DNA of 64,000 bases, from NCBI GenBank assembly GCA_039797095.1, contig JBDKIN010000202.1, positions 2,729 through 66,728 of the forward strand, in the 5' to 3' direction. Of the stretch, positions 18,889-26,570 are shown one piece after another. Both the position numbers and the translations under genes were made by a program. Below the pieces are notes generated by a model. That model was given only the letters and a program-made list of their open reading frames with translations. It did no database searches and was not told where the DNA came from. Source of the DNA: Verrucomicrobiota bacterium (GTDB taxonomy: Bacteria > Verrucomicrobiota > Verrucomicrobiia > Opitutales > UBA953). Each line of letters opens with the position of its first letter. The first letter of the stretch is position 1.

Positions 18889-20070
18889 ATGTTCGCGCTC
18901 CTCGCCTCCCTCCTGATGCTCGCCGCAGGCGAGCCGGTCGCCCCGCCCACCGTCACCGACGTGGAAGTCGTGCGTCAGCTGAAGCCGGCCGAGCTCGCCG
19001 AATGGCATAACGCCATGCGCATCACCACCTTAGGCCAGGCGCGCATCAAGCAGGGACAGAGCATCATGGACACCAGCATCGCGGCGGCCGCCGCGACCAA
19101 GGGCGCGAAGACCGGCGGACTCACCGAGACGCCGGAGCAGATCAAGGTCCGGGCCCAGAAGATCATCGATGAAGGCAACGCGCAGGTCAAGCAGGCCGCG
19201 CCTTCCCTGAATCGTCTCCGTCTGGCCGCGGCTCAGCGCGTGGCCGAGAAGATGAAGCCGGTCGATTTCACTTTCGAGATCACTGCCGCCGCGCCGCCCG
19301 CCGGCCTCGACGCCGCCGTCGGCCGTCTGCACAAGCAGGCCGTCGACCTCGGTTACCTCTCCGCCCACCTCATCGGCTCGTTGCGTGTCAGTGCCGCCGG
19401 CCTCGAACGTCCCGCCGAACTTACCTCCGACCTCCGCGCCGCCTGGTCGCGTCGCACCGGCGTCGCCTTGGCCGCCGTCCCGGCCGAAGGTTATGCTTAC
19501 GTGCCCGCCGTCGCGCCGGCCGCGCCCGCCTTGTCGAAGGGCCTCAAGCCCGCGACCGCGCCCAAGCAGCTCGCCGTGCTCTGGGCCGAGCAGTACGCCG
19601 TCGGCGCCGATGGCGCGCAGACCCTGCTTTTCCTACGCCTCGCTGACGCCCATTCCTTCCGTATCATCGCCTCCGAGCTTGTCCTGACCCACACGGGCGC
19701 CACGCCCGTCGTCGGCACCGTCGCCTTGCGCGATGAGCGCAGCTTCATCCCGCGCCTCACGCAGAGCGGCGAATGGACTTTCGGTTTCGAGCGCGACAGC
19801 CACCCCGTGGGCTCCGCGCTGCTGACCCATCTCTGCCTGACGCAGAGCAAGCTGTCCGTCGCGGGCGACCCCTACGTCGCGATCGTCGCCGGCGGCGGTC
19901 CGGCCGGTGGCGACGTCGGCGCCAAGTGGCGCGCGACCGCGGTCGAAGCGCCGGCCGCCGGTCCCAACGTGGTCGTCCTCGCTTTCAGCGTCCAAGGCAT
20001 CCCCGCCGGCGGCGCCGCGGTGGCCGTCGGTCCGCTGACGCTCCGCGTCGGTGCTCCCGGCGTGAAGTGA
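18889..20070 (+). CDS. Hypothetical secreted protein (393 aa)
   Basis: Starts 5 nt after the ptsH stop. Hydrophobic N-terminus MFALLASLLMLAAG. No family motif recognised. Confidence 0.5.
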   Translation: MFALLASLLMLAAGEPVAPPTVTDVEVVRQLKPAELAEWHNAMRITTLGQARIKQGQSIMDTSIAAAAATKGAKTGGLTETPEQIKVRAQKIIDEGNAQVKQAAPSLNRLRLAAAQRVAEKMKPVDFTFEITAAAPPAGLDAAVGRLHKQAVDLGYLSAHLIGSLRVSAAGLERPAELTSDLRAAWSRRTGVALAAVPAEGYAYVPAVAPAAPALSKGLKPATAPKQLAVLWAEQYAVGADGAQTLLFLRLADAHSFRIIASELVLTHTGATPVVGTVALRDERSFIPRLTQSGEWTFGFERDSHPVGSALLTHLCLTQSKLSVAGDPYVAIVAGGGPAGGDVGAKWRATAVEAPAAGPNVVVLAFSVQGIPAGGAAVAVGPLTLRVGAPGVK

Positions 20071-20649
20071 TCAGGCCTGCTTGCGCGCCGCCTTCATCTC
20101 GGCGGTCGTCGCGCGCTTGAGCTTCTTCACCTTCGCGGCGGTCAGCAGCTGGTGGGCGCGCGTCATCCGGTCGATGAAGAGCACGCCCTGGCAGTGGTCA
20201 TGTTCGTGCTGCACGCAGCGCGCGAGCAGGCCGGCGCACTCGAGGACATGGGGCGCGCCGTCGGCGTCGCGGTAGCGTACGATCGCCCGTTCCACGCGCT
20301 CGACGTCGCCCGTGATGCCCGGGAACGAAAGGCAGCCTTCGGTGTACGTATCCGGTTCGCCCGCTGGTACGGTCACCGTCGCGTTGGCCAGCAGCATCGG
20401 CATGATATCCTCGGGCCGGCGCTCCTTGCCGTCGAGTACGGGCGCGAAGTCCTCGTCATGCACGTCCATCACGAAGAGCTGCAAGGAAAGTCCCACCTGC
20501 GGGGCGGCCAGGCCGATGCCTTTGGCGGTCTTCATCGCGCGCAGCATCGCGTCGCCGAGGGTACGGAGGGGGGCGCCGAATTCGCGCACGGGCTCGCCCA
20601 CCGCCCGGAGGACCGGGTCGCCGTAGGGGCGGATGGTGAATTCGGCCAT
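20071..20649 (-). CDS. def: Peptide deformylase
   Basis: Motifs GIGLAAPQ, EGCLSFPG, HEHDH. Confidence 0.95.
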   Translation of the reverse strand: MAEFTIRPYGDPVLRAVGEPVREFGAPLRTLGDAMLRAMKTAKGIGLAAPQVGLSLQLFVMDVHDEDFAPVLDGKERRPEDIMPMLLANATVTVPAGEPDTYTEGCLSFPGITGDVERVERAIVRYRDADGAPHVLECAGLLARCVQHEHDHCQGVLFIDRMTRAHQLLTAAKVKKLKRATTAEMKAARKQA

Positions 20650-20693
20650 GGCTTCTGGTTACCTTTTCGCGGGGGCGGGGAAAGCGAAAACGC

Positions 20694-21209
20694 TCACTTG
20701 TCGGCCCCGTAGTCGCCTTTCTCGCAGCGGCGGACGAACGTCTCGGCGCGCTTGCGCAGTCCGTTCCACTTGGTGCGGAGGGCCTGCGTCTCGTCCGGCG
20801 TCACGCGTCGGTCGGCGATGGCGTCGGCCACGTCGGCGATGAGCAGGCCGAATTCGCGGACGAGCGTGTTGGCCGCCTGGTCGAGGGCGCCGGCGGCGGG
20901 TTCGGTCTCGACCGGCGTGAACTGCCCGCCGGCTTTCTCCGCCAGCCAGTCGAGGATGCGCGTGTCGCCGGTGAGCACGATGAGCTGGGCTGTGCGGTGG
21001 AGCGGGTTGGGCTGGCCGCTGCCTTGATCCGCCGGCTCGCGCCATTTGTACAGCATCGACGGCGAGACCCCGAGGGACTTCGCGACCTGTCCGTGGACCT
21101 GGGCCTGGTCGCCCGGTCGGCCTTCGCCGGCCTTACGCAAGGCGTCTTCTAGGACGTGGTGGGCTTCCTTGATCCGGCTACGGCGGGGGGCGGCGGGTTT
21201 CTTGGGCAT
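20694..21209 (-). CDS. Helix-turn-helix DNA-binding protein, weak resemblance to phage CII(CP76)-type regulators
   Basis: Start at internal ATG 21209 (MPKKPAAP). HTH-like VAKSLGVSPSMLYKWREP. The C-terminal helical region is not recognised. Confidence 0.4.
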   Translation of the reverse strand: MPKKPAAPRRSRIKEAHHVLEDALRKAGEGRPGDQAQVHGQVAKSLGVSPSMLYKWREPADQGSGQPNPLHRTAQLIVLTGDTRILDWLAEKAGGQFTPVETEPAAGALDQAANTLVREFGLLIADVADAIADRRVTPDETQALRTKWNGLRKRAETFVRRCEKGDYGADK

Positions 21210-21338
21210 GGGGCAGGCTAGGGCGGGCGGGTGCGGTTCCGCAAGCGAGACAGGGGGCCTTATAACCACGCCCCGTCTTTGTAGTCAGGGGTTTCGGAAA
21301 AGATTGGAAAGGCCGCCCGGCCGCGGCATCGTCACGGC

Positions 21339-21821
21339 ATGGATGAAGTCTCCCTTGTGTTGCCGGTCAGCCTGCTCGTCGCCGGCCTGCTCCTGATCGC
21401 CGCCGAATTCTTCCTGCCGACCGTGTTCCTCGGGTTTGTCGGCGCCGCCGTCTCGTTCGCCGGCATCTATCTCTCCGCCGCCGCGGGCGCGCTCACCTGC
21501 GCGCTCTTCTGCTTGGCTTTCCTCGTCGTCCTCGCCCTGGAGTTCTTCGCCTTCCGCCGGCTCCTGCCGCAGACCGGCATCGGCCGCGCGATGATCAACG
21601 TCAGCAGCAACGACGGCGCCGCCGTCCCCGCCGCCGCGGGGTTCGCGGTGTATGTCGGCAAGACCGGCAAGGCCGTGACCGTGTTGGCTCCTTCCGGCAC
21701 CGCTGAGGTCGACGGCGCGCTGCTCGAAGCCTTCTCGCTCGACGGCTTCGTCGAACGCGGCGCCCCCGTCGTCGTCGTCGAAGCCGGCGCCGGCCGCGTC
21801 ACCGTCCGCCGCGCGCGCTGA
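21339..21821 (+). CDS. NfeD-family membrane protein
   Basis: Three N-terminal TM helices plus a C-terminal OB-like segment ([20 protein letters not shown]...VVVVE). Immediately upstream of floA, which is the conserved NfeD-flotillin pairing. Confidence 0.7.
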   Translation: MDEVSLVLPVSLLVAGLLLIAAEFFLPTVFLGFVGAAVSFAGIYLSAAAGALTCALFCLAFLVVLALEFFAFRRLLPQTGIGRAMINVSSNDGAAVPAAAGFAVYVGKTGKAVTVLAPSGTAEVDGALLEAFSLDGFVERGAPVVVVEAGAGRVTVRRAR

Positions 21822-21841
21822 ACCTTCCCCCGCTTACCACC

Positions 21842-22855
21842 ATGGATATCCCTAACGTCGTCATCTGGGTCGCCGCCGGAGCCTTGCTCCTGCTCGTCCT
21901 CTTCCTGCTCACCTTCCTGGCCGTCTGGGTCCGCGCCCGTCTCGCCGGCGCCGAGGTCGGCATCTTCGACCTCGTGGGCATGCGCCTGCGCGGCGTGCCT
22001 TACAGCGTGATCGTCGACGCCAAGATCGCCGCCACCAAGGCCGGCCTCTCGGTCGACGTCGAGAAGATCGACGCCCACTACCTCGCCGGCGGCAACATCG
22101 TGCAGACCGTGCAGGCGCTCATCGCCGCGCAGAAGGCCGGCCTGCACCTCGACTGGAACCGCGCCTGCGCGATCGACATCGCCACCCGCGGCACGAACAA
22201 GTCCGTGCTCGAAGCCGTCCTTACTTCCGTGAGCCCCAAGGTCATCGACTGCCCGAATCCTTCCAGCGGCCGCACCACCATCGACGCCGTGGCCAAGGAC
22301 GGGATCCAGGTGAAGGTGAAGGCCCGCGTGACCGTGCGCACCAACCTCGACCGCTTCGTCGGCGGCGCGCAGGAAGAGACCATCATCGCCCGCGTCGGCG
22401 AAGGCATCGTGACGACCATCGGCTCCTCCGAGAGCTACAAGTTCGTCCTCGAGAACCCCGACCGCATCTCCAAGACCGTGCTCGAGCGCGGCCTCGACGC
22501 CAACACGGCCTACGAGATCATGTCGATCGACATCGCCGACGTGGACGTCGGCGAGAACATCGGCGCCACCCTCCAGGAAGCGCAGGCCAACGCGAACAAG
22601 AACATGGCGCAGGCCCAGGCCGAGATCCGTCGCGCCGCCGCCGTGGCCCTCGAGCAGGAGATGCGCGCCCGCGTCGAAGAGATGCGGGCCCGCGTCGTCG
22701 AGGCCGAAGCCCAGATCCCGCAGGCCCTCGCCGAGGCCCTGCGTTCGGGCCGCATGGGCTACCTTGATTTCCAGCGCCTCGAGAACCTCCGCTCCGATAC
22801 CGAGATGCGCAAGGGCATCGCCGGTGACGGTCCCGCGCCCGGCACCAAGGCCTGA
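21842..22855 (+). CDS. floA: Flotillin-like protein FloA (UPF0365/YqfA family)
   Basis: N-terminal hairpin helix and the block [19 protein letters not shown]...[12 protein letters not shown]-like domain and C-terminal EA-rich coiled coil. Confidence 0.85.
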   Translation: MDIPNVVIWVAAGALLLLVLFLLTFLAVWVRARLAGAEVGIFDLVGMRLRGVPYSVIVDAKIAATKAGLSVDVEKIDAHYLAGGNIVQTVQALIAAQKAGLHLDWNRACAIDIATRGTNKSVLEAVLTSVSPKVIDCPNPSSGRTTIDAVAKDGIQVKVKARVTVRTNLDRFVGGAQEETIIARVGEGIVTTIGSSESYKFVLENPDRISKTVLERGLDANTAYEIMSIDIADVDVGENIGATLQEAQANANKNMAQAQAEIRRAAAVALEQEMRARVEEMRARVVEAEAQIPQALAEALRSGRMGYLDFQRLENLRSDTEMRKGIAGDGPAPGTKA

Positions 22856-22857
22856 GC

Positions 22858-23226
22858 ATGGAAGGCGCGCTCATCTTGAAGGTGCTCCTGGCCGCCGGCG
22901 GTTTCGCCGTGTGGGCCTATCAGCAGCTGAAGGCGAAGGCCGAGCAGCCGGCGCCGACGGCCATGGCCGCGCCGCCGCCCATCCCGCGCCGCGTGCGCAA
23001 GCCGCGCGTCGCGACCAAGCCTGCCGCGAAAGCATCCGAAGAATCCGCCGAAGGTCCGGCGCGTCCGGCGGCCACGCCGCATCTCGACGCGTCGGACCTC
23101 GTGGTCACCCGTCCGGCCCGCGCGCTTTCCCGTTCGCAGTTCCGCGGCGCGGCCGCGCTGCGCCAGGCGATCGTCGCCCGCGAGGTGCTCGGTCCGCCCC
23201 TCTGCCTCCGCCCGCCGCGCTTCTGA
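22858..23226 (+). CDS. Hypothetical small membrane protein (third gene of nfeD-floA operon)
   Basis: Starts 2 nt after the floA stop. One N-terminal TM helix, then a Pro/Ala/Arg/Lys-rich low-complexity region. Coding status is moderately uncertain in this GC-rich context. Confidence 0.4.
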   Translation: MEGALILKVLLAAGGFAVWAYQQLKAKAEQPAPTAMAAPPPIPRRVRKPRVATKPAAKASEESAEGPARPAATPHLDASDLVVTRPARALSRSQFRGAAALRQAIVAREVLGPPLCLRPPRF

Positions 23227-24039
23227 TCAGCGGCGCGGCGCGAAAAGCCGGGCGGCCAGATAAGGCAGCGCGCAGCACAGCACGATGCCGGCGCCCGACG
23301 GCACCGCCGGCAGGTAATACGAAAGATACAGGCCGGCGACGCCGCCCGCGAGCGCGCAGCCGACGCCCCAGGCCATGACTTGCGGGACCGTGCGGCCGAG
23401 CAGGACGCCCGTCGCCGCCGGGATCACGAAGAGCGCCGTGGTCAGGAGCGCGCCGACGAGGCTCACGCAAGACACCGCGCCGAGCGCGACGAGCGCGAGC
23501 AGCACGACGCGCATGAGGCCGGGACGCGCGCCGAGCAGCGACGCGTATTCTTCGTCGAAGGAGGCCAGCTCCAGTTCCTTGTGCAGGACGCGCAGGCCGA
23601 AGAGCACCGCGACCGTGGTCGCCGCGATCACCTTGAGGTCGTCCGCGCCGACCGCTACCACGCTGCCGAACAGCAGCCCGGCGAAGTCGCGCCACGAGTT
23701 CGCCTGCTGCATGAGCGCGACGCCCGCCGCGAACATCACCGAAAGCATCACGCCGATGGCGCTGTCCTCGCTGGCGCCCTTGCGCGCCGCGAGCCAGGCC
23801 GCGCCGCCCGCCGTGAGCAGGGCGGCCGCAAGCGCGCCGAGGTAGGGCGAGAAGCCGAGCAGCAGGGCGCCGACCACGCCGGGCAGGATGGAGTGGGTGA
23901 GGGCGGTGCTGACGAACGCCATGCGGCGCAGCACCACGTAGGCGCCGAGGCAGGCGCATGTCACGCCGCCGAGGGCGACGGCGAGGAGCGCCCGCACGAA
24001 GAAGGGTTCCGACAGCGGCTCGAGCAGGAGATCAGGCAT
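23227..24039 (-). CDS. Metal (Zn/Mn-type) ABC transporter permease
   Basis: Start at internal ATG 24039 (MPDLLLEPLSEPFFVRALL). Multi-pass ZnuB/TroCD-like sequence. 8-nt overlap with the upstream ATPase gene. Confidence 0.85.
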   Translation of the reverse strand: MPDLLLEPLSEPFFVRALLAVALGGVTCACLGAYVVLRRMAFVSTALTHSILPGVVGALLLGFSPYLGALAAALLTAGGAAWLAARKGASEDSAIGVMLSVMFAAGVALMQQANSWRDFAGLLFGSVVAVGADDLKVIAATTVAVLFGLRVLHKELELASFDEEYASLLGARPGLMRVVLLALVALGAVSCVSLVGALLTTALFVIPAATGVLLGRTVPQVMAWGVGCALAGGVAGLYLSYYLPAVPSGAGIVLCCALPYLAARLFAPRR

Positions 24040-24817
24040 GGCGGTGGTCGTGGCCCGAGCAGGCGTGCTTCGTGCGCACGGCGCCGTCGCGCAGTTCGAG
24101 GATGCGGTCGAAGCGGGCGAGGTCGGCCGGGTCATGCGTGGCCATCAGGACCGTGAAGGCGTGGCCTTGGTCGAAGAGGAAGCGTTCGATGATCTCGCGG
24201 CTCGCGGCATCGAGCGCGGCGTACGGTTCGTCGAGCAGCAGCACCTCGGCGCCCTGCACGAAGGCGCGGGCGATGAGCGCGCGTTGCAGCTGGCCGCCGG
24301 AAAGCGCGTGCACCGGGCGGTCGGCCAGTTCCGTCAGGCCCAGCTGCGCGAGGGCCCGGTCGACGGCTGCCTCGCCGTGGCGGCATTCCTCGAACCAGCC
24401 GTGGTGGGCGTACGTGCCCATCTGCACCAGGCGGCGGAGCCTCAGGGGAAAGCCTTCCGTCAGTTGAGGGCGTTGCGAGAGATAGGCGATCCGGCTGCGA
24501 CCCAGCGCGGGCGGCGCGCCGGCGACGAGGACTTCGCCGGCTTGCGGCGGGACGAGTCCGGCCAGGACGCGGAGGAGGGTGGATTTGCCGGAGCCGTTGG
24601 GACCGATCAGGGCCGTGCGGCATCCGCAGGGGATGGAGAAATCGGCCTCACGGAATGCTGGCGGGCCATCGGCGCGGGCGCCGGCTGACAGGCCGCGGGC
24701 GACGACCGCTTCACCGGCGCAGTCCTGCTTGTCCGGGCGGGAGTAGGGGAGCGTGGGCAGGAACGCGAAGGCCGCGTCGCCGACCTGCTGGGTGAGCCGT
24801 CGCCAGAACGGGGTCAT
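24032..24817 (-). CDS. Metal ABC transporter ATP-binding protein
   Basis: Walker A GPNGSGKST, signature LSGGQLQR, Walker B LLLDEP. ATGA overlap with the SBP gene stop supports the listed start. Confidence 0.88.
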   Translation of the reverse strand: MTPFWRRLTQQVGDAAFAFLPTLPYSRPDKQDCAGEAVVARGLSAGARADGPPAFREADFSIPCGCRTALIGPNGSGKSTLLRVLAGLVPPQAGEVLVAGAPPALGRSRIAYLSQRPQLTEGFPLRLRRLVQMGTYAHHGWFEECRHGEAAVDRALAQLGLTELADRPVHALSGGQLQRALIARAFVQGAEVLLLDEPYAALDAASREIIERFLFDQGHAFTVLMATHDPADLARFDRILELRDGAVRTKHACSGHDHRHA

Positions 24818-25704
24818 CGGGTGGATAGGGCCTCATGGAGGCGGCGGCCATTAAGGAGCATCATGCCGGTCCAACTGTCACCCGGGCGGCCCGCTGCTTC
24901 AAGGTATTCGAAGGAAAGGCTCAGCGGGGGAGGGATTCCGGCGTCTTCGGCCAGGCGTCGGGCGAATATGTCGCTTTGTCCAGCGTCGGTGACGATGACC
25001 CGGATACCCTCGCGCCGGATAAGGGCCAGGAGTTCGGAGAAGTGGCGGGCCGAGGGGTCGGCCGATTCGGCGGAACTGCTCGCGAGGATCGTACGGGCGA
25101 TCCGCAGTCCATAGGTTTCGGCGAAGTGTCCGAGGTTGGCATGCTGGGTCACCAGACTGCGCCGATTCGTCGGTAAGGTCGCGAACAGCCGGCGGAGCTC
25201 CTGATCCACGCGCTCGACCTCTTTAACATACTGATTATAAGATATTTCTATTAATTCAGCTGAGCCGACGGTTCCGAGACGAGTCGCGAGGGCGCGGGTC
25301 ATTTTCGTTACCTCGGCCGGGTCCGTCCAGGCGTGAGGATCCGAGCCGTGGGCATGGCCTAGGTGGTCGCCCTTGCGGTCATCGAACAGCCAGAGCAAGC
25401 GAGGGGTACGGTCGTTGGCTTTGGCCCAGGCTTCCAGCCAAGGCTCAAGCGTGGGGCTCATGCCGACGATCAGGCTGGCCCGACGGAGGTCGCGGGCATT
25501 CCGGGCGCTCAGTTGGTAGCCGTGGGTTTCGCTATGGGAAGGGACAAGATTAACCTGCTCAAATTGTTTACCTCCAATGACTTGTACCCAGTCAGCGACG
25601 ATCGTGAAGCTGGTAACGACCAAAGGCTTGGCCGGCTCGGCGGCGTCGGCGAACGCCGCCGCCGATAGCAGCACGAAGCAAAGGATGAAGCGGAGGAGGC
25701 GCAC
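24814..25704 (-). CDS. Metal ABC transporter substrate-binding protein (ZnuA/TroA family; His-rich loop suggests zinc)
   Basis: Signal peptide. HSETHGY metal-ligand block and His-rich DHLGHAHGSDPHAW loop. Confidence 0.85.
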   Translation of the reverse strand: MRLLRFILCFVLLSAAAFADAAEPAKPLVVTSFTIVADWVQVIGGKQFEQVNLVPSHSETHGYQLSARNARDLRRASLIVGMSPTLEPWLEAWAKANDRTPRLLWLFDDRKGDHLGHAHGSDPHAWTDPAEVTKMTRALATRLGTVGSAELIEISYNQYVKEVERVDQELRRLFATLPTNRRSLVTQHANLGHFAETYGLRIARTILASSSAESADPSARHFSELLALIRREGIRVIVTDAGQSDIFARRLAEDAGIPPPLSLSFEYLEAAGRPGDSWTGMMLLNGRRLHEALSTR

Positions 25705-25755
25705 GCAAAAAACGATGCTTCAGGCTTAGGGTTTAGACGCAAGATTTTTGCATTA

Positions 25756-25765
25756 AACAATTGTT
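25756..25765. promoter_or_regulatory. AT-rich perfect palindrome AACAATTGTT flanked by two TTTTTGCAT direct repeats (25745-25753, 25779-25787)
   Basis: Read directly. Lies in the 122-bp divergent region between the metal-uptake operon (start 25704, minus) and the pilus-like operon (start 25827, plus). Confidence 0.4.
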
Positions 25766-25826
25766 CCCGATGTGCCTGTTTTTGCATTTGCCTCCCGCAT
25801 CGGCGAAAGACACATTGCCCCTTCCC

Positions 25827-26549
25827 ATGCCCCAAGTACGTGCTGTTTTTGCCAGCCTAATGGCGTTCTGCTTGCCCGTAGCCGGTCTCCTCGCCCAGGC
25901 GGGAAAGGCCGATGCCAACGCGGGCAAAAGCGCCGTCAACGTGCGTTCGGTCCACTTCGATCCGGTCAAACTCGGCGGTCAGCAGAATCCTTGGATCCGG
26001 ACGCAGGTCGAACTCCACGCGAATTTCAATCCGGATGCCAAGGCCGCTCCGGAGGCTGAAGCCGGCCCGAAGAAGCCCGTCAATAAGGGCTGGGTGGACA
26101 AGGTGAAGGTGACCCTGACCCTCATCTTCAAGCCGATCGGCACCACGACCGCCGAGGAGTTCGCTTATTATCGTTCCTCCGCGACGGTGCTGACCATGGA
26201 GGTGAACACCGATCGCTCCGTTTATTTCTACCTGCCGGGCGATATCATCAAGCGCGACCGCCTGAAGATGCAGCCCGACTACTACTACGTCCAAGTGGAG
26301 GTCGCCGGCAGCGAACAGCCTCTCTTCTCCGAGAACGGTCGCCCGGTCGCGGACATGGGCAATGCTTTGCACAAGTTTTTCCTCGATAAGAAGAACTTCG
26401 ACCTAGCCCGCCCCCAGGCTGACCGTGCCGTCTCCGCCACTTCCGGCATGCTTCGCCCCCATTACCTCGTCCCCGCCGCTTTCTACGACAGCCTGCCCCA
26501 AGGTTCGCCGCAGCCGGAATTCATCCGGGAAGACTCCGGGTCGCGCTAA
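25827..26549 (+). CDS. Pilus-like system protein, first gene of cluster (Amuc_1102-position), secreted
   Basis: Internal ATG 25827 gives signal peptide MPQVRAVFASLMAFCLPVAGLLAQAG. Assigned by position in the conserved five-gene arrangement. Confidence 0.55.
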   Translation: MPQVRAVFASLMAFCLPVAGLLAQAGKADANAGKSAVNVRSVHFDPVKLGGQQNPWIRTQVELHANFNPDAKAAPEAEAGPKKPVNKGWVDKVKVTLTLIFKPIGTTTAEEFAYYRSSATVLTMEVNTDRSVYFYLPGDIIKRDRLKMQPDYYYVQVEVAGSEQPLFSENGRPVADMGNALHKFFLDKKNFDLARPQADRAVSATSGMLRPHYLVPAAFYDSLPQGSPQPEFIREDSGSR

Positions 26550-26570
26550 TCCCTCCCCACTCTTTCCCGT

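Noticed and set aside
24600-24817. Unusually long (approx 70 aa) N-terminal region before the Walker A motif of the metal ABC ATPase, suggesting a mis-called start.
   Set aside because: The listed ATG forms an ATGA overlap with the SBP gene stop, typical of coupling, and no in-frame ATG lies closer to the Walker A. The start is kept but flagged as uncertain.
25190-25270. Conspicuously AT-rich patch (ctttaacatactgattataagatatttctattaattcagc) inside the GC-rich window.
   Set aside because: It lies in frame within the ZnuA-like gene, encoding ...AELIEISYNQYVKEVERV..., a plausible inter-domain helix. No repeat or insertion boundaries are visible.
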